Below, in pieces: positions 36,261 through 52,796 of a stretch of DNA of 57,220 bases (position 1 is the stretch's first letter; each line of letters begins with the position of its first letter). This stretch comes from Prorocentrum cordatum. Lineage: Eukaryota. The position numbers and the translations under genes were made by a program. The notes below the pieces were generated by a model. That model saw only the letters and a list, made by a program, of their open reading frames with translations, searched no databases and was not told the DNA's origin. The stretch is from NCBI GenBank assembly GCA_963575745.1, contig CAUYUJ010000040.1:62001-119220 (forward strand), written 5' to 3'.

Positions 36261-36762
36261 AAGCGGTGCTACAACACGGTACCCACGACTGTATATGGCT
36301 GGGTCTTTCGCCAGGATCATTTGCGAACTGGCTACGCCACTACGCCCAGCCGAGCCTGAAACAGATCGCCAGATACGCTTGCAGCGCAGATCGGCAGGAT
36401 ATGCTCGGCCAAAGCAGCTGCAAATCGGACATCCGCGCCGCACTTTTGGGGAGCAGGCGCTCGCAGAGGCTGGCCCGCGTGAGTGGCCCGTGAGGGCCCC
36501 CATACATGGCAGCATGACGCCAGGCTATTCTCCTTGCGACCGCCAGTCCACTCGCCCCTTCTCCCTCTCTCCCTCTGCTCTCGTGGGGGGGAGGTGTGCG
36601 TGAGGAGAGGGAGAGGGGAGGGGCCTTGGTCCGGTCGTCCCCCAAGTTTTCTTTTGCGCACTTGGCTCTCTGCCCCCCCTCGCTGTCGGCCGGATTCAAG
36701 GGGTGCGAGGGTCTCAGCCTCCATCGACAAACCGACCCGCAGCGACAGCGGCAGAGGATACG

Positions 36763-38516
<1,754 letters not shown>

Positions 38517-40153
38517 ACCTTAGGGGGATTGCCAGCCGCCTTCTGTGGCTCTCGTCGCCGACTCGCCGCCGCCGTGGCGTCCGCACTCCGCGCTCCCCGC
38601 GGGGGTACCTTGGGGACCCAGGATCACCCCGGGAGACCTCCGCAGAGTGGGAGAGGATAGGGAGCCAAACCTGTTGCCTCAGCGATGGTCCCTGCAGCAC
38701 TGGGTCGTTTGCTGCCAAGACGCGCCACCTCTGGACACTGCCACAGGAGGCAGCGGCGCCCATGCCCGGCGGCACTGCAGGTGCCGCGCGGGTGTGGTGA
38801 GCGGGGGGAGAGGATCGGAGGGGTGAGGCGCGGCGGCGACGACGACGGTGGGCCACATTGGCCGCGGTGTGGCCAGGGTCTCTCGAACGTGGGGCGCCGA
38901 AGAGCAGGTGGGGCGCCGCTAGGGGCACGGCCGCCTTGGGGAGCCGGGCGCCGAGGAGAGAGGGCAGAGGAGCGGCACCGGGGGAAGGGGACATCTGAAC
39001 GGCGTAGCGGAACCTGGGTCGACTGCGCGAGTTTCGAAGAAGAACAACTGCGTAGATATAAACTTTCAGCGCTCCGCGCGGATTTCTTGGATCGGCGCTT
39101 GGGCCTCTCCTGGGGCGCCTCCTGCGCCGATGCAAGAGATTCGCGCGGACGGGCGAAAGCTTATGCTGATGCCGATTTTCCCTCCTCCAGCATGTTTGGC
39201 TTGTGGGCTCCCCGCGCAAGGTCGCGCGCGAGCGCCCTTGTCCAGGTTGTCCCCGTGGTGTGCCGCGTGAGCGGCCTGCGTGAGCCAGCGCGCAGGGCCG
39301 ACGCGTTCTCTCGGGGAAGCCGTCTTGCCGTCGATCCGAGGGCCCCTCCCGAGGTGGCCCCCGAGGGGGAGGTCCCGAGGTGCCGTGGTGCCCTCTGGGC
39401 ACTGCAGTGCAGTCGGGGCCCTGAAGAAGGAACCCTTTCGTTGGGGAGGGGCTCGGTGTTCCTTGATTGTTCTGCAGTTTGCCTCCGGTTTCCCTGAGGC
39501 CTTCCATGGGACAGCGAAGCTCACCTTGTGGGAAAAAGGGACCTCGTTCCTCATTTAGAGTTCCTCAGGTCAACGCCCCGACGGTACGGGTGATGGCCAC
39601 GTCACTTCTTTTCTCGTTTTTACTTCTTTGTCCAGCGCGCCCTGCTTTGCTCAACGCCCAACACGTCACCCTTGGCGGGAGAAGAGGGGGCCCTTGGAGG
39701 CAGGGTGGAGGCGAGTTCGAAGGAGGAAGCTACAGTCAAATACAGTGGTAAGGATGCAGTGCTTCATCAAGGCTACCCTTGCATCCCTGCCCATCCTTAG
39801 TCGAGCTTGTACGTCAGACCCCAGGAGTGCCAGGGTCGGAGGGTTTGAAGGGTCTTGGGCCCCTTCCTTGCTCAGGTGGCAGACTGCAGCCGCACACCCC
39901 TGGCCTTGCCCGCGACCAGGGGCACCCAGACCACGCAGGCCACTTCTAACTGCTTGGGCCTAGTGGGGCCGCGGACCCCCAAAAGAGTTCTCAACAGGGT
40001 GATGCGCAGTGGTGACCCAATCAGTGGGTGATGCGCGGCGCGAATCTCAACCATGCGGGATGCGGCGGCCCGCGCGGAACACGTGGCGCAGAGGACGAGA
40101 GCGGCGAACGAACGCACGACGACGAGCAGACGCTTCGTTTCTGACAGACGGAG

Positions 40154-40209
40154 GCTGGGCATCGCGCACCGGGACCTGTCCCTCGAGAACATCCTGCTGA
40201 CGAAGCAGG
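40154..40209 (+). CDS. Ser/Thr protein kinase exon (catalytic loop)
   Basis: LGIAHRDLSLENILLTKQ. Acceptor AG at 40152-40153 (or 40146-40147); probable GA donor at 40210. Confidence 0.8.
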
Positions 40210-40504
40210 GAGACCAGGGGCTCCCTCGAGGGCGCGAAGTTATTCGCGCTTCGCGCTTCGCGGTCCTCGTTCCTTCTCCCCCTCCTCCTCGTCCTCCTAA
40301 TCTCCCTTTGGGAGGGCGGCGCGAGAGCGCGAAGTTATTCGCGCTTCGCGCTCCGCGCAGCGCGAAGCGCGAAGCAGGGAGACCAGGGGCAACGTTAGGG
40401 GGGAGAGGTTCGGGGGGCGACGCGTCGACCCCCCGTCGCCCACGAATCGCCGATGTGGGGCACGGCAGCACACCCCGCCCAGGAACAGTGCGGAGGCGCC
40501 ATCA

Positions 40505-40665
40505 TCAGGAGGAAGAGAAACACACAGACACAATCAACCCTCGATTCCCCAGGAAATATAGGAAAATATGGGAAGTGGGGGGGGAGATAAGAGCCCAGAA
40601 AATAGGAGAAGATGGGGAATCTTTTTATTCGTGTGTATTTATTTGTGTGTCCTGGGGCCCCTTCA
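40505..40665. repeat. Dispersed repeat of about 160 bp, inverted relative to 44731-44892
   Basis: Its reverse complement aligns along the full length with 44731-44892. Confidence 0.88.
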
Positions 40666-40937
40666 CATCAGGGGCACAGTGCCAATCTAATGACGACGTG
40701 TCGCCGATTCCAGCTTGATGTTTTCTTCCCCCCTGAGCTGGTCCCCTCCTACAGTCAAAGCGCACAGAAAGGATGAACAACTTTCCAAGTTTACCCTTGC
40801 TTCCTTGCCCCTCCGGCCCATCCTTGGCGACTTTCGCTGGCCAGCCCCGTTCGAAAAACGTCAACATGGCCTTCCAAGGCCTTTGCGCCCTTGCCGCGCA
40901 TGCTGATTATGCGTTTTGATTGTATCGTCCCCCTCAG

Positions 40938-41221
40938 GAGAGGACCACGTGGTCAAGATCATCGACTTCGGGGCAGCGACCGCCTTGCGGCACTGCGGGG
41001 AGGGCGAGTGTCGGGGCAAGCGGAACTACCAGGCCCCCGAGATGCACACGGGCGGCTACGACGCGTTCGCGGCTGACAGCTTCGCGCTCGGCGTGGTGCT
41101 CTTCGCCACCATGGCGCACGACTTCCCGTGGACGTCGACGAAGGCCGGCGCCTGCAAGCACTACAGCTACGCCCAGCGCAACGGCCTGAGGGCGCTCCTC
41201 ACGGCCAGGCGCGCACGCAAG
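40938..41221 (+). CDS. Ser/Thr protein kinase exon (subdomains VII-X)
   Basis: VKIIDFG...GKRNYQAPE...YDAFAADSFALGVVLF...FPW. CAG acceptor ending 40937; AG|GA donor at 41222. Confidence 0.9.
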
Positions 41222-41269
41222 GATCGGCAGCCGCAGAGCGGCATGGGCCGGAGGGCGAATCGGGCGAAG

Positions 41270-41416
41270 AGAACTATGCACATGCACCGATCCTGGCAAG
41301 GCCCATCCTTGACCCAGGATCGGTGCATATGCCTTCCTGGCCGAGGTAGGAGGGCGTATGCACCGACCCTGGGCTCAGGATGGGCCTGGCCAGAATCGGT
41401 GTATGTGCATAGTTCT
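41270..41416. mobile_element. Fold-back MITE-like palindrome (147 bp)
   Basis: AGAACTATGCAC...GTGCATAGTTCT; the arms pair nearly to the centre. A diverged copy lies at 51164-51291. Confidence 0.8.
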
Positions 41417-42368
41417 TTTTCCTCTAGCGAAAACGTACCGATACACCCCGTCTTCTCGTGTCGTGGAGGTCTTGCGGCCAGTGCCGCCGACACCGGAGGG
41501 GGACGGCGGCGGCGGCGGCGGCGGTGACGACGACGACTTTTCGACTCGGGGGGGATGAAGGGGGGGGATGGCAAAGGGTAGGGTAGAGAGTCAGCTCACG
41601 CGGCTGATTTTCCCGGCGCCTCTCGGCGCCGGGAGGCGCCCATGCATCGGGGAATGGGCCCGGCGGCGGGGCCGAAACCAGTTGCATGCAGCAGCTTTCG
41701 TAACCCCCCCTTTCCCTACCCCCCCTTCTTGGGGCTCTCTTGGGAGCCTCTTGGGCTCTGTTGGGCGGCCCCGGTGCCCTGTCTTCTCGCACGTCGTTGC
41801 CCTGACCATCGGTGTCTCTCCCATGGCTTGCTCTCGCTGCGGGAGCGACGTCCAGGGGCCTGCGGCGAGGGCCTGGTAATGACCGAGGCTGCGAGCGCTC
41901 GCTCCCACGGCATGCTTGAGCAAAGGTGCAAATACCGCACAGGACCTCGTTACTGCTTCGGCTCGCGGTACATTTTCACGATTCGCCAGGCGCCCTTCGC
42001 AGCAGGATTGCGTTGCTGTTGCGTCTCGAAGTGCCGAGCTCATGGAATCATCGTTGCTTACTGGTGGTGTTCTTGCTGAGGGGAAAGGGTTCGGGGGGCC
42101 CCCAAGCGGTGTGGTGACAACACCGCGTGGTGAGTCAGTGGTGATTCGGTGTCACCGCACGGTTTTGGGACTCGGGCCGTTCTCCTGTGATGTCTCGGGC
42201 CACTGAGGCATCCGGGGTCCCAGAGAACCGTTCGGTGACGGACCGTGCGGTGAGGTCCTTCGGGATTTCGAGGTCACCGTGCGGTCTGCCGCCACGTGGC
42301 TCTGGGACCCCCAAAAGGTGCTGACACTGCTGCCCCAGATGCGGCCCACCTTCGGGCCCTCGGCTCCG

Positions 42369-43268
<900 letters not shown>

Positions 43269-44339
43269 GAGGGGAGGGGAGGGGTGGGAGGGAGGGAGGG
43301 AGGGAGGGAGGGAGGAGGGCCCGCGCCCTCGGCGGTGGGGCGACGACGGCGACGAGGACGGCGACGGCGGCAAGACCGAGCACGACGACGAGGACGACGA
43401 CGAGAACGACGATCATGCCCGCCGCCGCCACGACGAGGACGGCGACGACGTGCCCCGCCCGCCCGCCCGACTGCCCACGCACGACGAGGGCCTCGCCCTC
43501 GCCCTGAGGGGCCCTCGCCGTCGCGGCCGGAGGCGCCCGGAGCTCTCGATGGGACAGCGCGGCCGCTCGCCGAGTCGCGGGCTCGTTCGAGGGCGAACAG
43601 CCCCGAGGAGGGTCGCCGCCGGCGCGGCCCGCGCCCTTGGCGGAGGGGGGGAGGGAGGCGCCACGCCCTCGGCGGCTCGGCCTCGCCCCCTGTTGGGGTC
43701 TCCCGGGGAGCCCTCGCCGTCGGGGCCAGGTGCGCCTCGAGCTCCCGATGGAGGGCAGCACAGCCACCCACGCTCCCCCCAGCCAGGACCCCCAGCCTAA
43801 GGACGCTCTCGACAATATCATCGCGGGGAGCACCCGAAGGCCTGGAAGCTCTTCTGATTCTGGAGCTCGAGAGGCGGGCCCGAAGGGTTGCGCCGCAGCT
43901 CGTTCCCCATTCAAGAGCGCTGGTGGGCAACTAGCTGGCGCCTCTATGACTGGAGCCCTGGAAACCAGGACCCCAGGAGGGTCCTGCCTGGGTGTGGGGG
44001 ATGGCCTTTTTGGGGTAAGAGCCACCCTCGCCCCCAGTCAGGACTCCCGGGATCATCACGTCGGGAGTGGGGTCCATTCTGGGGGCGGGGCGGGTTGTGC
44101 TGTCCTCATTGTTCAGGACGCATCCCAGGAGAGGTCCGGGGAGCAGCGGTATCGGTACTCCCGTCTTCGCCCAACGGAATACACATCTTCGCCATCGGGG
44201 CTGCCCGTCCCAGGGCGGCCGGAGAGTCCATACCCCGTCCGTTGTGCCATCGTAGGGGTATAGGCTTCCCACCCGGTCTGGGACAGGCGTCGCCGACGGT
44301 GGAGCAGTCCATCTTGCACCACCCTTCGCCCGCCAAAAG

Positions 44340-44504
44340 GAGCCCAGCCGCCGTTTGATCGAGGTGCTGAGCCCGACCCTCGTAGACACGATCGAGGGGC
44401 TGTCGCAGGCGAATCCCAGCCTGCGCCTCAACCTGGGCGAGGCTTGCCGCACGGGCAGTGGCAAGTCCAGCTTCTGGAGCACTCCGTGGGCGCAGGAGGT
44501 TTAA
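44340..44504 (+). CDS. Ser/Thr protein kinase terminal exon (subdomain XI)
   Basis: AAG|GAG acceptor, in phase with the previous exon: RRARK|EPSRRLIEVLSPTLVDTIEGLSQANPSLRLNLGEAC...W..PW...TAA. Contains the subdomain XI Arg (NPSLR). Confidence 0.8.
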   Translation, partial: EPSRRLIEVLSPTLVDTIEGLSQANPSLRLNLGEACRTGSGKSSFWSTPWAQEV

Positions 44505-44730
44505 GCCGCCTCCGGCCGCCCAGGAGGCCTTGGAAGCGTATGGCCGAGGACTGCCAGTCGAGACGAAAGCGGCCCTCTCCGGCGTTGGTGTCCTCCCCGG
44601 GCCTCGTCGCCTCGGGCTGGGTCCGCTTCGACCCCGGGGGAGGGGGGAGGGGTCCGGGTCGGAGGCCTGGGGCCTGGAGGTTGACACCAACGCCAGCATC
44701 GGCGGTGTGCCTCCACCGAGGGAAGAAGAT

Positions 44731-44892
44731 TGAAGGGGCCCCAGGACACACAAATAAATACACACAAATAAACATATTCCCTATATTTTCCCATATTTTC
44801 TGGGTTTCTGTCTTCCCCCCCACTTCCCATATTTTCACATATTTTCTGGGAGTCGACGAATAATTGTGTCTGTGTGTTTCTTTTCCTCCTGA
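44731..44892. repeat. Dispersed repeat of about 160 bp, inverted copy of 40505-40665
   Basis: See partner feature. Confidence 0.88.
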
Positions 44893-46189
44893 AAGATCCC
44901 GATCTCGGTGATGGTGGTCATATTCTGGCTTCCAAGGTGACCGAAATATATTGACACCAGCACCGAAATCTGGGATCGTCTCCCCCCTGTGGAGGCAGCC
45001 CCCTGTCTTGGTGTTGGTGCCCAGTTTCAGGCCTCCAACAGGGGATAGATTTGGGGTGGAGTTGGTCCAGATTGGAGAGCCGACGTTGTCTCAAGTGGCC
45101 CTCCTCCAAGCACGACAGGTTCGTGTCGCGCCGCCGCGGCGGCGGCCCCAGCGGGGGCGCTCAAGCGGAGCAACGCCAGTGGCCTGGAACTGGCCGATAG
45201 CGAATGACCGTGCGCGATCGAAAAGCAGCGATCGCTCGGGGTTGAACGATCCACGCGGCGTCAGAAACCGCCGCACTGGTTGTCACGACACGAGCCTGCC
45301 GTTCAGTGTGCATCTCCCTCCGACGGCATATCCGATGGTGTTTTTTAGCCGCGCTCTGGATTTTTTCAGAGAGCGGCCGTGAGCCCCGGCTCGCAGCACA
45401 TTCGGTTCAACCTTGGGGTTCTATCTATCGTTCCCAGACCCGCAGCGACCTTGCGCAGGCTGCATTCGATGCGCCTGTTCATCATTCCGAGCATGCTGGC
45501 GGGGATCGCGCCGTCGGTTTGCTTCCTGCGTCTAGCAGGGTTTCCTTTCCCAGCGATGGGCTGGGTTCAGAGAAGTTTATTCGCATCCGGAGGCGCCCTT
45601 CGCCTCCAAGTAACTACACTCGGTGCCTGCATCCTGCGTTTAGCGGGGGGCTTCGGTCTGGGCCGGACGAGTTTCCGGTTACCCGTGCAGCGGCTGGTGC
45701 ATGAATATTGAAGATGTGGGATTGGCGCCAGCATTCTGCATTCAGCAGGGGAGCTCGTCTGACAGTGACAGAGACAAGCTCCTATCGATCGTGCAGTCGT
45801 CGGTCTCACCCAATTTTTCTGTATATACGAAGGCCATGCTCTCTGCCGCCAGCATCCCTGGGCTGATCCTTCATGGGGTTGTACTCGGGCCTCTTGTGGC
45901 CATCTTGGAGGCCTTCCTTTTACGAATTGCAGCAGTACAAGGTGAAGGCACAAGACCACGAGGAGAAGGATGAGAAAGATGAGCACGTAAAGTCGGGGGA
46001 TGAGGAAGTAGTAGAGGAATCTGTATTGTGAGGGAACCGAGAAGGAGCAGAGGGATGATGATCAGTAAGAGAAGGAAGAACAGCAGGATGTGTATAATGA
46101 TGAAGAGGAGGATGATGAGCAGGAGGAGGAGGAGGAGGAGGAGTTGAACGATGCGACCGGAGCGCGAGGAAGAGAAGGGCCAATCTCAG

Positions 46190-46489
46190 GATCATGATTC
46201 GGATTAGGACTGCGATGATGCGAGGGAAGGCAAGGTTGACGAGGTTGGGGACGACAATAACGATGAGGATGACGACGACGATGGTGATGGTGATAGTGAT
46301 GGTGGTGGTGGTGGTGATGGTGATGGTGATGGTGACGGTGATACTGGTGATGATGATGATGATGATGATGATGATGACGATGATGATGATGCTGATGATG
46401 ATGATGATGATGCTGATGATGATGATGATTATGATGATGATGATGCCGCTGCTGCTGCTCCTTCTGATGATGATGATGATGATATGATA

Positions 46490-46561
<72 letters not shown>

Positions 46562-46633
46562 TTGATGGTGATGGTGATGTGATGATGATGATGATGATGA
46601 TGCTGATGATGATGATGATGATGATGATGATGC

Positions 46634-46687
<54 letters not shown>

Positions 46688-46730
46688 GGAGGAGGAGGAG
46701 GAGGAGGAGGAGGAGGAGGAGGAGAGGAGA
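46190..46730. repeat. (GAT)n/(GAG)n array
   Basis: Seen directly. Confidence 0.9.
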
Positions 46731-47419
46731 GCCAGACGGAGTAAGAGGAGGAAGAGTAGGACGAGGAGGAAGACGACGAGATAATCGATCGTTTAGACTT
46801 CACAACGCGTCGAACGGCGACGGTTCTCGTTTGTCATGCCCGTTCGTGCAGAAGGCTTTCGCTCGCAATGACCTGGGGACCCCGAGCATCTTGCTGAGGC
46901 TCCTGTCATCCAAGAGTCGGTTGGCAACCACGGGGCTGTGAAATAAGCGAAGCCAGCAAGGCTGAGGATCTAAACTTGACCTCCGCCTTCGATAAGCCCC
47001 TCTCCATGGACCCGTGGTCTCTGATCCAACGTGATTCAACATCGTCTTGGACTCGATATCGAAGAGCCTCAATACGGTCCATACGGGGTGCAACATAGCC
47101 GAATGGCGCCAAAAGCGTTCCAAGGGGCCTTCAATATGGCCCAGGAAGCCTTGAATATAGCCTTCGAAGGGGCCTCGGAACAACATGGAACAGCGCCGTC
47201 TTGAAGTCGCTCTCAGAGGGCTTGCTTCAAGACGGCCCAACACACTTCAAAACGGCTCCCAATAGGACCCTGGAATCCCCCCTGTATGGCCCAAGATCGC
47301 CCAAGAGCGCCCAAGGACGTCCCCAGGGGCCGCCCAGGAATCCTTCAATCTAGCCATCAACTCGACTCAATCACGCAGCACGCGACGCCCAACGCACATC
47401 TCATAATCCACTTCGCACG

Positions 47420-47540
47420 CAACACGGCACAGCACAACACAACACGGCACAACACAACACGACACGACACGACACGACACGACACAACACAACACAACAC
47501 ACCACAACACAACACGCAAGACACAGCACACAACACACAG
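47420..47540. repeat. (CACAA/CACGA)n pentamer repeat
   Basis: Seen directly. Confidence 0.85.
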
Positions 47541-48405
47541 CAGCCATCGCGCAGCACTCTCCAGACAGCGTGCGCATCACGCGCGGCGTGCACGCGCGCC
47601 TGCACAAACGCAAGCATCACACACGTAGCATGCGGCCCACAGCGCACAGCACAGGGTACGCACCACTCAGCACACGACGCACACAGAGAGGCACGCTTTT
47701 TGGCGTCGCGGCCACGCGCGCAGCGGCGCGGCGGTCAGCCGGGCCTGCGGGATCGGCGAGAGGGGTGGTGCGGCGGCCGCGGCCGGGCTCTCGGGCGGCC
47801 CAGAGGGAACGCACACTGCTCGCTCATAGGGAACCTCACTGCAGCATCGTTGATGAGTCTCGAGTTTGCATCGGTCCTCCTCCTCCTCCTCCTCCTCCTC
47901 CGTCCCCCTCCTCGATCCCCCTCCTAGTCCTCCGTCCCCCGCCCGCCTGCCGATTTGTCCGCTGGAGGTCCAGAAACGTGTTGAAAAATATGGGCGGAGG
48001 TTTTCCGTCGCAGTCGGTCTCCAGGGGCCCTCGCCCCTAGCTGGGCCTCCATTGCACGACGTCTCACGTGGGGGCAGCCGAAAGCGGAACGAAAGGGGGA
48101 ACGGCCCGGGGGTGGGGGCACAGGGTGAGGGACAGCAAGGTATTCTACACACGCGTGTGCACGCGTACACGCAACATTCAGGCGCACATGCGCACGCGAC
48201 CAGACACGCGCGAGCGCACTCGTCACGCACCACGCTCGTTACCGGGGGGTTCGTGGCCTGGGAGCCCGTGGATTCTCATGCATCTCTGGGGAGGGGGGCT
48301 GCAGAGCGACGCGGGGTGCGCTGGTGGGGCCGGATGGGCACGCAGATGGGCTTCCTCCTCGCGGGCCTGAGGAACAGGCGCGGGAGATCTCTCGGCGTCA
48401 CCCCA

Positions 48406-48592
48406 ACATACTTATACTATATGTTCGTCGCCCCCCCAGTGGCGGCGCGCGCACCGAGAAATCTTATAGTATATGCGTCGTGGCGGGCGCTTTCTGGTCA
48501 CACCGCTCGGGAAACGATATACTACAATATTGGTATACTATATGATCGGGTCGGACGCGCGCCTCCAAGGAGGACATATAGTACTAGTATGT
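48406..48592. mobile_element. MITE-like element with 19-bp imperfect TIRs
   Basis: ACATACTTATACTATATGT (48406-48424) and ACATATAGTACTAGTATGT (48574-48592), 2 mismatches. Confidence 0.55.
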
Positions 48593-48844
48593 CTTTGTGC
48601 GTCCCAGGAGAGGGCGGAGGAGTAGCAGCACATAAGCATCTAGACTGCCAGCGCTCGCAGTGCTTCAGGCGTTGCCGGCAGAGAAAGAGGAGGGTGGATG
48701 GGGAGGAGGAGGAGAGCAGGGAGGACTGGTGCAGGGGTTGGCGCGTCGCCAGCGGGGCTGCGCTCACGCTGCCGACCGGTTGCTCCGTTGAGTGCCGAGG
48801 ACGGTGTGGCTCCACTAAAACGACGCGAAGATCGGGACAAAATC

Positions 48845-48975
48845 GGATCGGGATAATTCGAAATCTCTGAGAATCGGCGGGTTTGGAGGATGTATTGGGC
48901 GCCGCGGCCGCTCCAGAGCGTTCCGGACCGCTCTGAGAGCGCTCCGGAACGCTCTGGAGCGATTTATCCCGATCC
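48845..48975. mobile_element. MITE-like element with 12-bp TIRs and an internal long hairpin
   Basis: GGATCGGGATAA...TTATCCCGATCC; internal 19-bp perfect stem 48909-48927/48943-48961. Confidence 0.6.
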
Positions 48976-49449
48976 TAGCCCTGTTTTATCCACAGACAGG
49001 AGGAGCAGGTGGTGGACGAAGAGGGGGATGTGGAGTAGGATGAGTGGGAGCTGGGTAGGCCGTTGCAGAGAGAGCCTCGCCTTCGGCGAACCTCGCCCTC
49101 GGCGGAGGCTGGCGGAAGGCCAGCGGAAGGCGGAGAAAAGAGAGGCGAGACGTCAGCATACTTGGATCCAGGGTTTCTTGGGTCGGCCAGTTGGAGTGAC
49201 GTCATCTCACACTTGAAGGTGAAGACGCAGGCACTTGTTGACTCCACAACGGGGGATGTCAGCTCCGCGGCCTGATGGCGCTCAAAAGGGTGCCGGCGGA
49301 TAGCTCCTCGGGGGCGTGCCTTGGAATACAGATTAGGTCGTGCTGCCCAAGCTGCTCGCGGGGCCGACTGCACGCACGCAGGTGGGCAACTTGACCGGGG
49401 GTCAACATGCTGAGGGAGAAGACGGGGAGGAACTGCAAAGGGGCGGCCA

Positions 49450-50043
<594 letters not shown>

Positions 50044-51644
50044 ACCTGTGGAAATTCGAGACGCATCAACAATTTTGCAGTAAAGTAAACTCTCCCTCGA
50101 AATTCCGTCTTCATAGTTCCCTACTAGAATCTTCTTTCCAACCTCCACCAGCTCAGCACTCCCACCTCCAACATCCAGCAACCGATTTTCCTCCAGTTCC
50201 ACCCCCGACTGTCGACTTCCAGCCTCCACCAGCTCAGCATTCTGACATCCACCATCCAGCACCCGACCTTCCACTTCCACCTCCACCCACTGACCTCCAG
50301 CTACCAGCTCAACACTCCGACCTCCACCAACACCAACGCCACTTCTAGTAAAGACCAAGACAGCTAGAACAAAAACACAGCTTGACACCAACACAGGCCA
50401 CCATGGAGCATCAGTTACGACGGCACGCCCGCCCACGACGACTCCAACAACACAGATTTCTCCCACTCCTGCCCTCCCCTTCCGTTTCACATACTTTCTT
50501 TTGTGTCTCGGATGCATGCCTCATTATACGCCATAATATTTGGATGCCACGGCCTCACTCACCTGGTCTCAAGTAGGCCTGGACTGCGGTCCGCATTGGC
50601 GGTCGTTCGTTCGTTGGTACAAGAGTCTACTTTCACTATGGAAATGCCCCGTTGGAAGACAACCGTCTGAGAATCATCAGCCGTGCCCAGATACAATTCC
50701 TGGAGCTTCAGCGCCGATAACCAACTTGACTGTTGCGTGTTGCGTCCTGACGATCCTGAATCGTGACAGAACACCGATCCTGGAACACCGATCGTGTTAA
50801 CCCTATTTTGAAAAAGACCCGCCCTCCATCCTTGAAACTCTCACTTTTAAAGCGAATGCACGCGGCGCCAAAGGGGGAGCCACATTTTGAAACGACCCGC
50901 CATCCAATTGTGAAGCTCTTGCAAGCTTTGAGCTTGAGGACCACAAATGGTTAGGAAGTCTCAGGCGAAACGCCTGGTCCGCCCTACCGACACGTCTGGG
51001 GTTGCGGCAGGGGGGTCGATGTATAAGGAAAAGGCATAGAGGACGAGTAGGGGGAGGAGGAGGAGGAGGAGGAGGAGGAGGAGGAGGAGGAGGAGGAGGA
51101 GGAGGAGGAGGAGGAGGAGGCCGTGCAGGGAAAGCAGGGATCGGGGGACGCCGCCTGTTCACGTGCACGCTGATCCTGGCCAGGCCCATCCTGCGCTCTT
51201 GGTCGGTGGGCGCGCCCTTCTGGCGAGGGGCTACGAGGGCGTGTCCACCACTGTCCTGTGCCCAGGGTGTGGCCTGGCCAGAACCGGTGCAGGCGGATGT
51301 CTGGTGGGACACAATCGAAGAACAAAAAATGGCATAAACACAATTTCTCCGACTCGTATCGGCGTCGGACCCCCCCTCCCTGGCGCGCGGAGTGCGCCAG
51401 GGAGGGGGTTCCAGCGCCGATCCGAGAAATCCTCGCAGAGCTCGGAGCGTGTATGTTCATGCACTTTTTCTTCCTCTAGTGGAGGGTCAAGGGGGATGCT
51501 CTCAAGGAGGCGAGTCCGCGCGGCAAGGCCTGCTCCGGCTTTGAATGGGCTGGCCGAACTTTGGAGCCCGCGGCGAATGGGCACGGCCGTCGGGGTCCCG
51601 ACAACACCACGGCCCGGCTGCCTTCCCCAGGCTGGAGGGGGGAT

Positions 51645-52764
51645 ATGAGGAGGAGTGAGGGTAGGAGGAGGAGGAGGAGGAGGAGGAGGAGGAGGAGGAG
51701 GAGGAGGAGGAGGGAGGGAGGAGGAGGGGGAGGAGGAGGGAGGAGGGGAGGAGGACAAGGAGGAGGGGGAGGAGGGGGGAGGAGGAGGAGGAGGAGGAGG
51801 AGGAGGAGGAGGAGGAGGAGGAGGAGGAGGATGAGGAGGAGGAGGAGGAGAAGGAGGCGTCTCCTCCTTCTCCTCCTCCTCCTCCTTCCTCCTCCTCCTC
51901 CACGTTCCCTCCTCTCCCATCCTTCCCTCCCTCCCTCCCCCATCATCTTCCCCTTCCCTCCATGCCCCCTCCTCCTGACTCTCCTGCCTTCTCCCTTCCT
52001 TCCTCCCTCTCTCCCTCCCTCCACCCCCTTCCTCCCTCCCTCCCTCCTCCGCCTCTATCTCCGAGGGGAGGATGAAGATGAAGATGACGATGACGATGAG
52101 GATGAGGATGAAGATGAAGATGATGAAGATCATGGTGATGCTGATGCAGATCACGATGATGATGAGAAGGACGCTGATGATGAGGAGGAGGCGGAGGAGG
52201 AGGGGAAATGATGACTGACGGATTGTCTGAGCAGACAAAGAAGGGAAGGTGGGAGTGAAACAGAGACTGGGATCGGGGATGGTGATGATCCTGATGATGA
52301 TGCGCTGATGACGAGGATGATGATGACGATGATGAGGAGGATGATGATGGTGATGGTGATGGTGATGATGATGCTGATGCTGATGCTGACGCTGATGTTG
52401 CTGCTGCTGGTGACGATCATGATGGTGAGGATGAGGATGAGGACGAGGATGAGGATGACGATGATGATGAGTATGACGACGACGATGCTGATGCTGTGAT
52501 GCTGCTGATGCTGCTGATGATGATGATGATCATGCTGCTGACGATGATGGTGCTGATGATGATGCGGATGAGGATGATGATGGTGATGCTGATGATGATG
52601 CTGATGATGACGATGCGGATGATGATGGTGATGATGATGATGCTTATGATGACGATGGTGCTGATGATTATGAGGACGGTGCTGATGATGATGATGATGT
52701 TTCTTTTGTATGCTGCTGCTGCTGCTGATGATGATTATGCTGCTGATCATGCTGATGCTGCTGC

Positions 52765-52796
<32 letters not shown>

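Noticed and set aside
45091..45290. Faint resemblance of VRRFLTPRGSFNPERSLLF to viral SF2 helicase N-termini
   Set aside because: No Walker A motif follows; likely chance.
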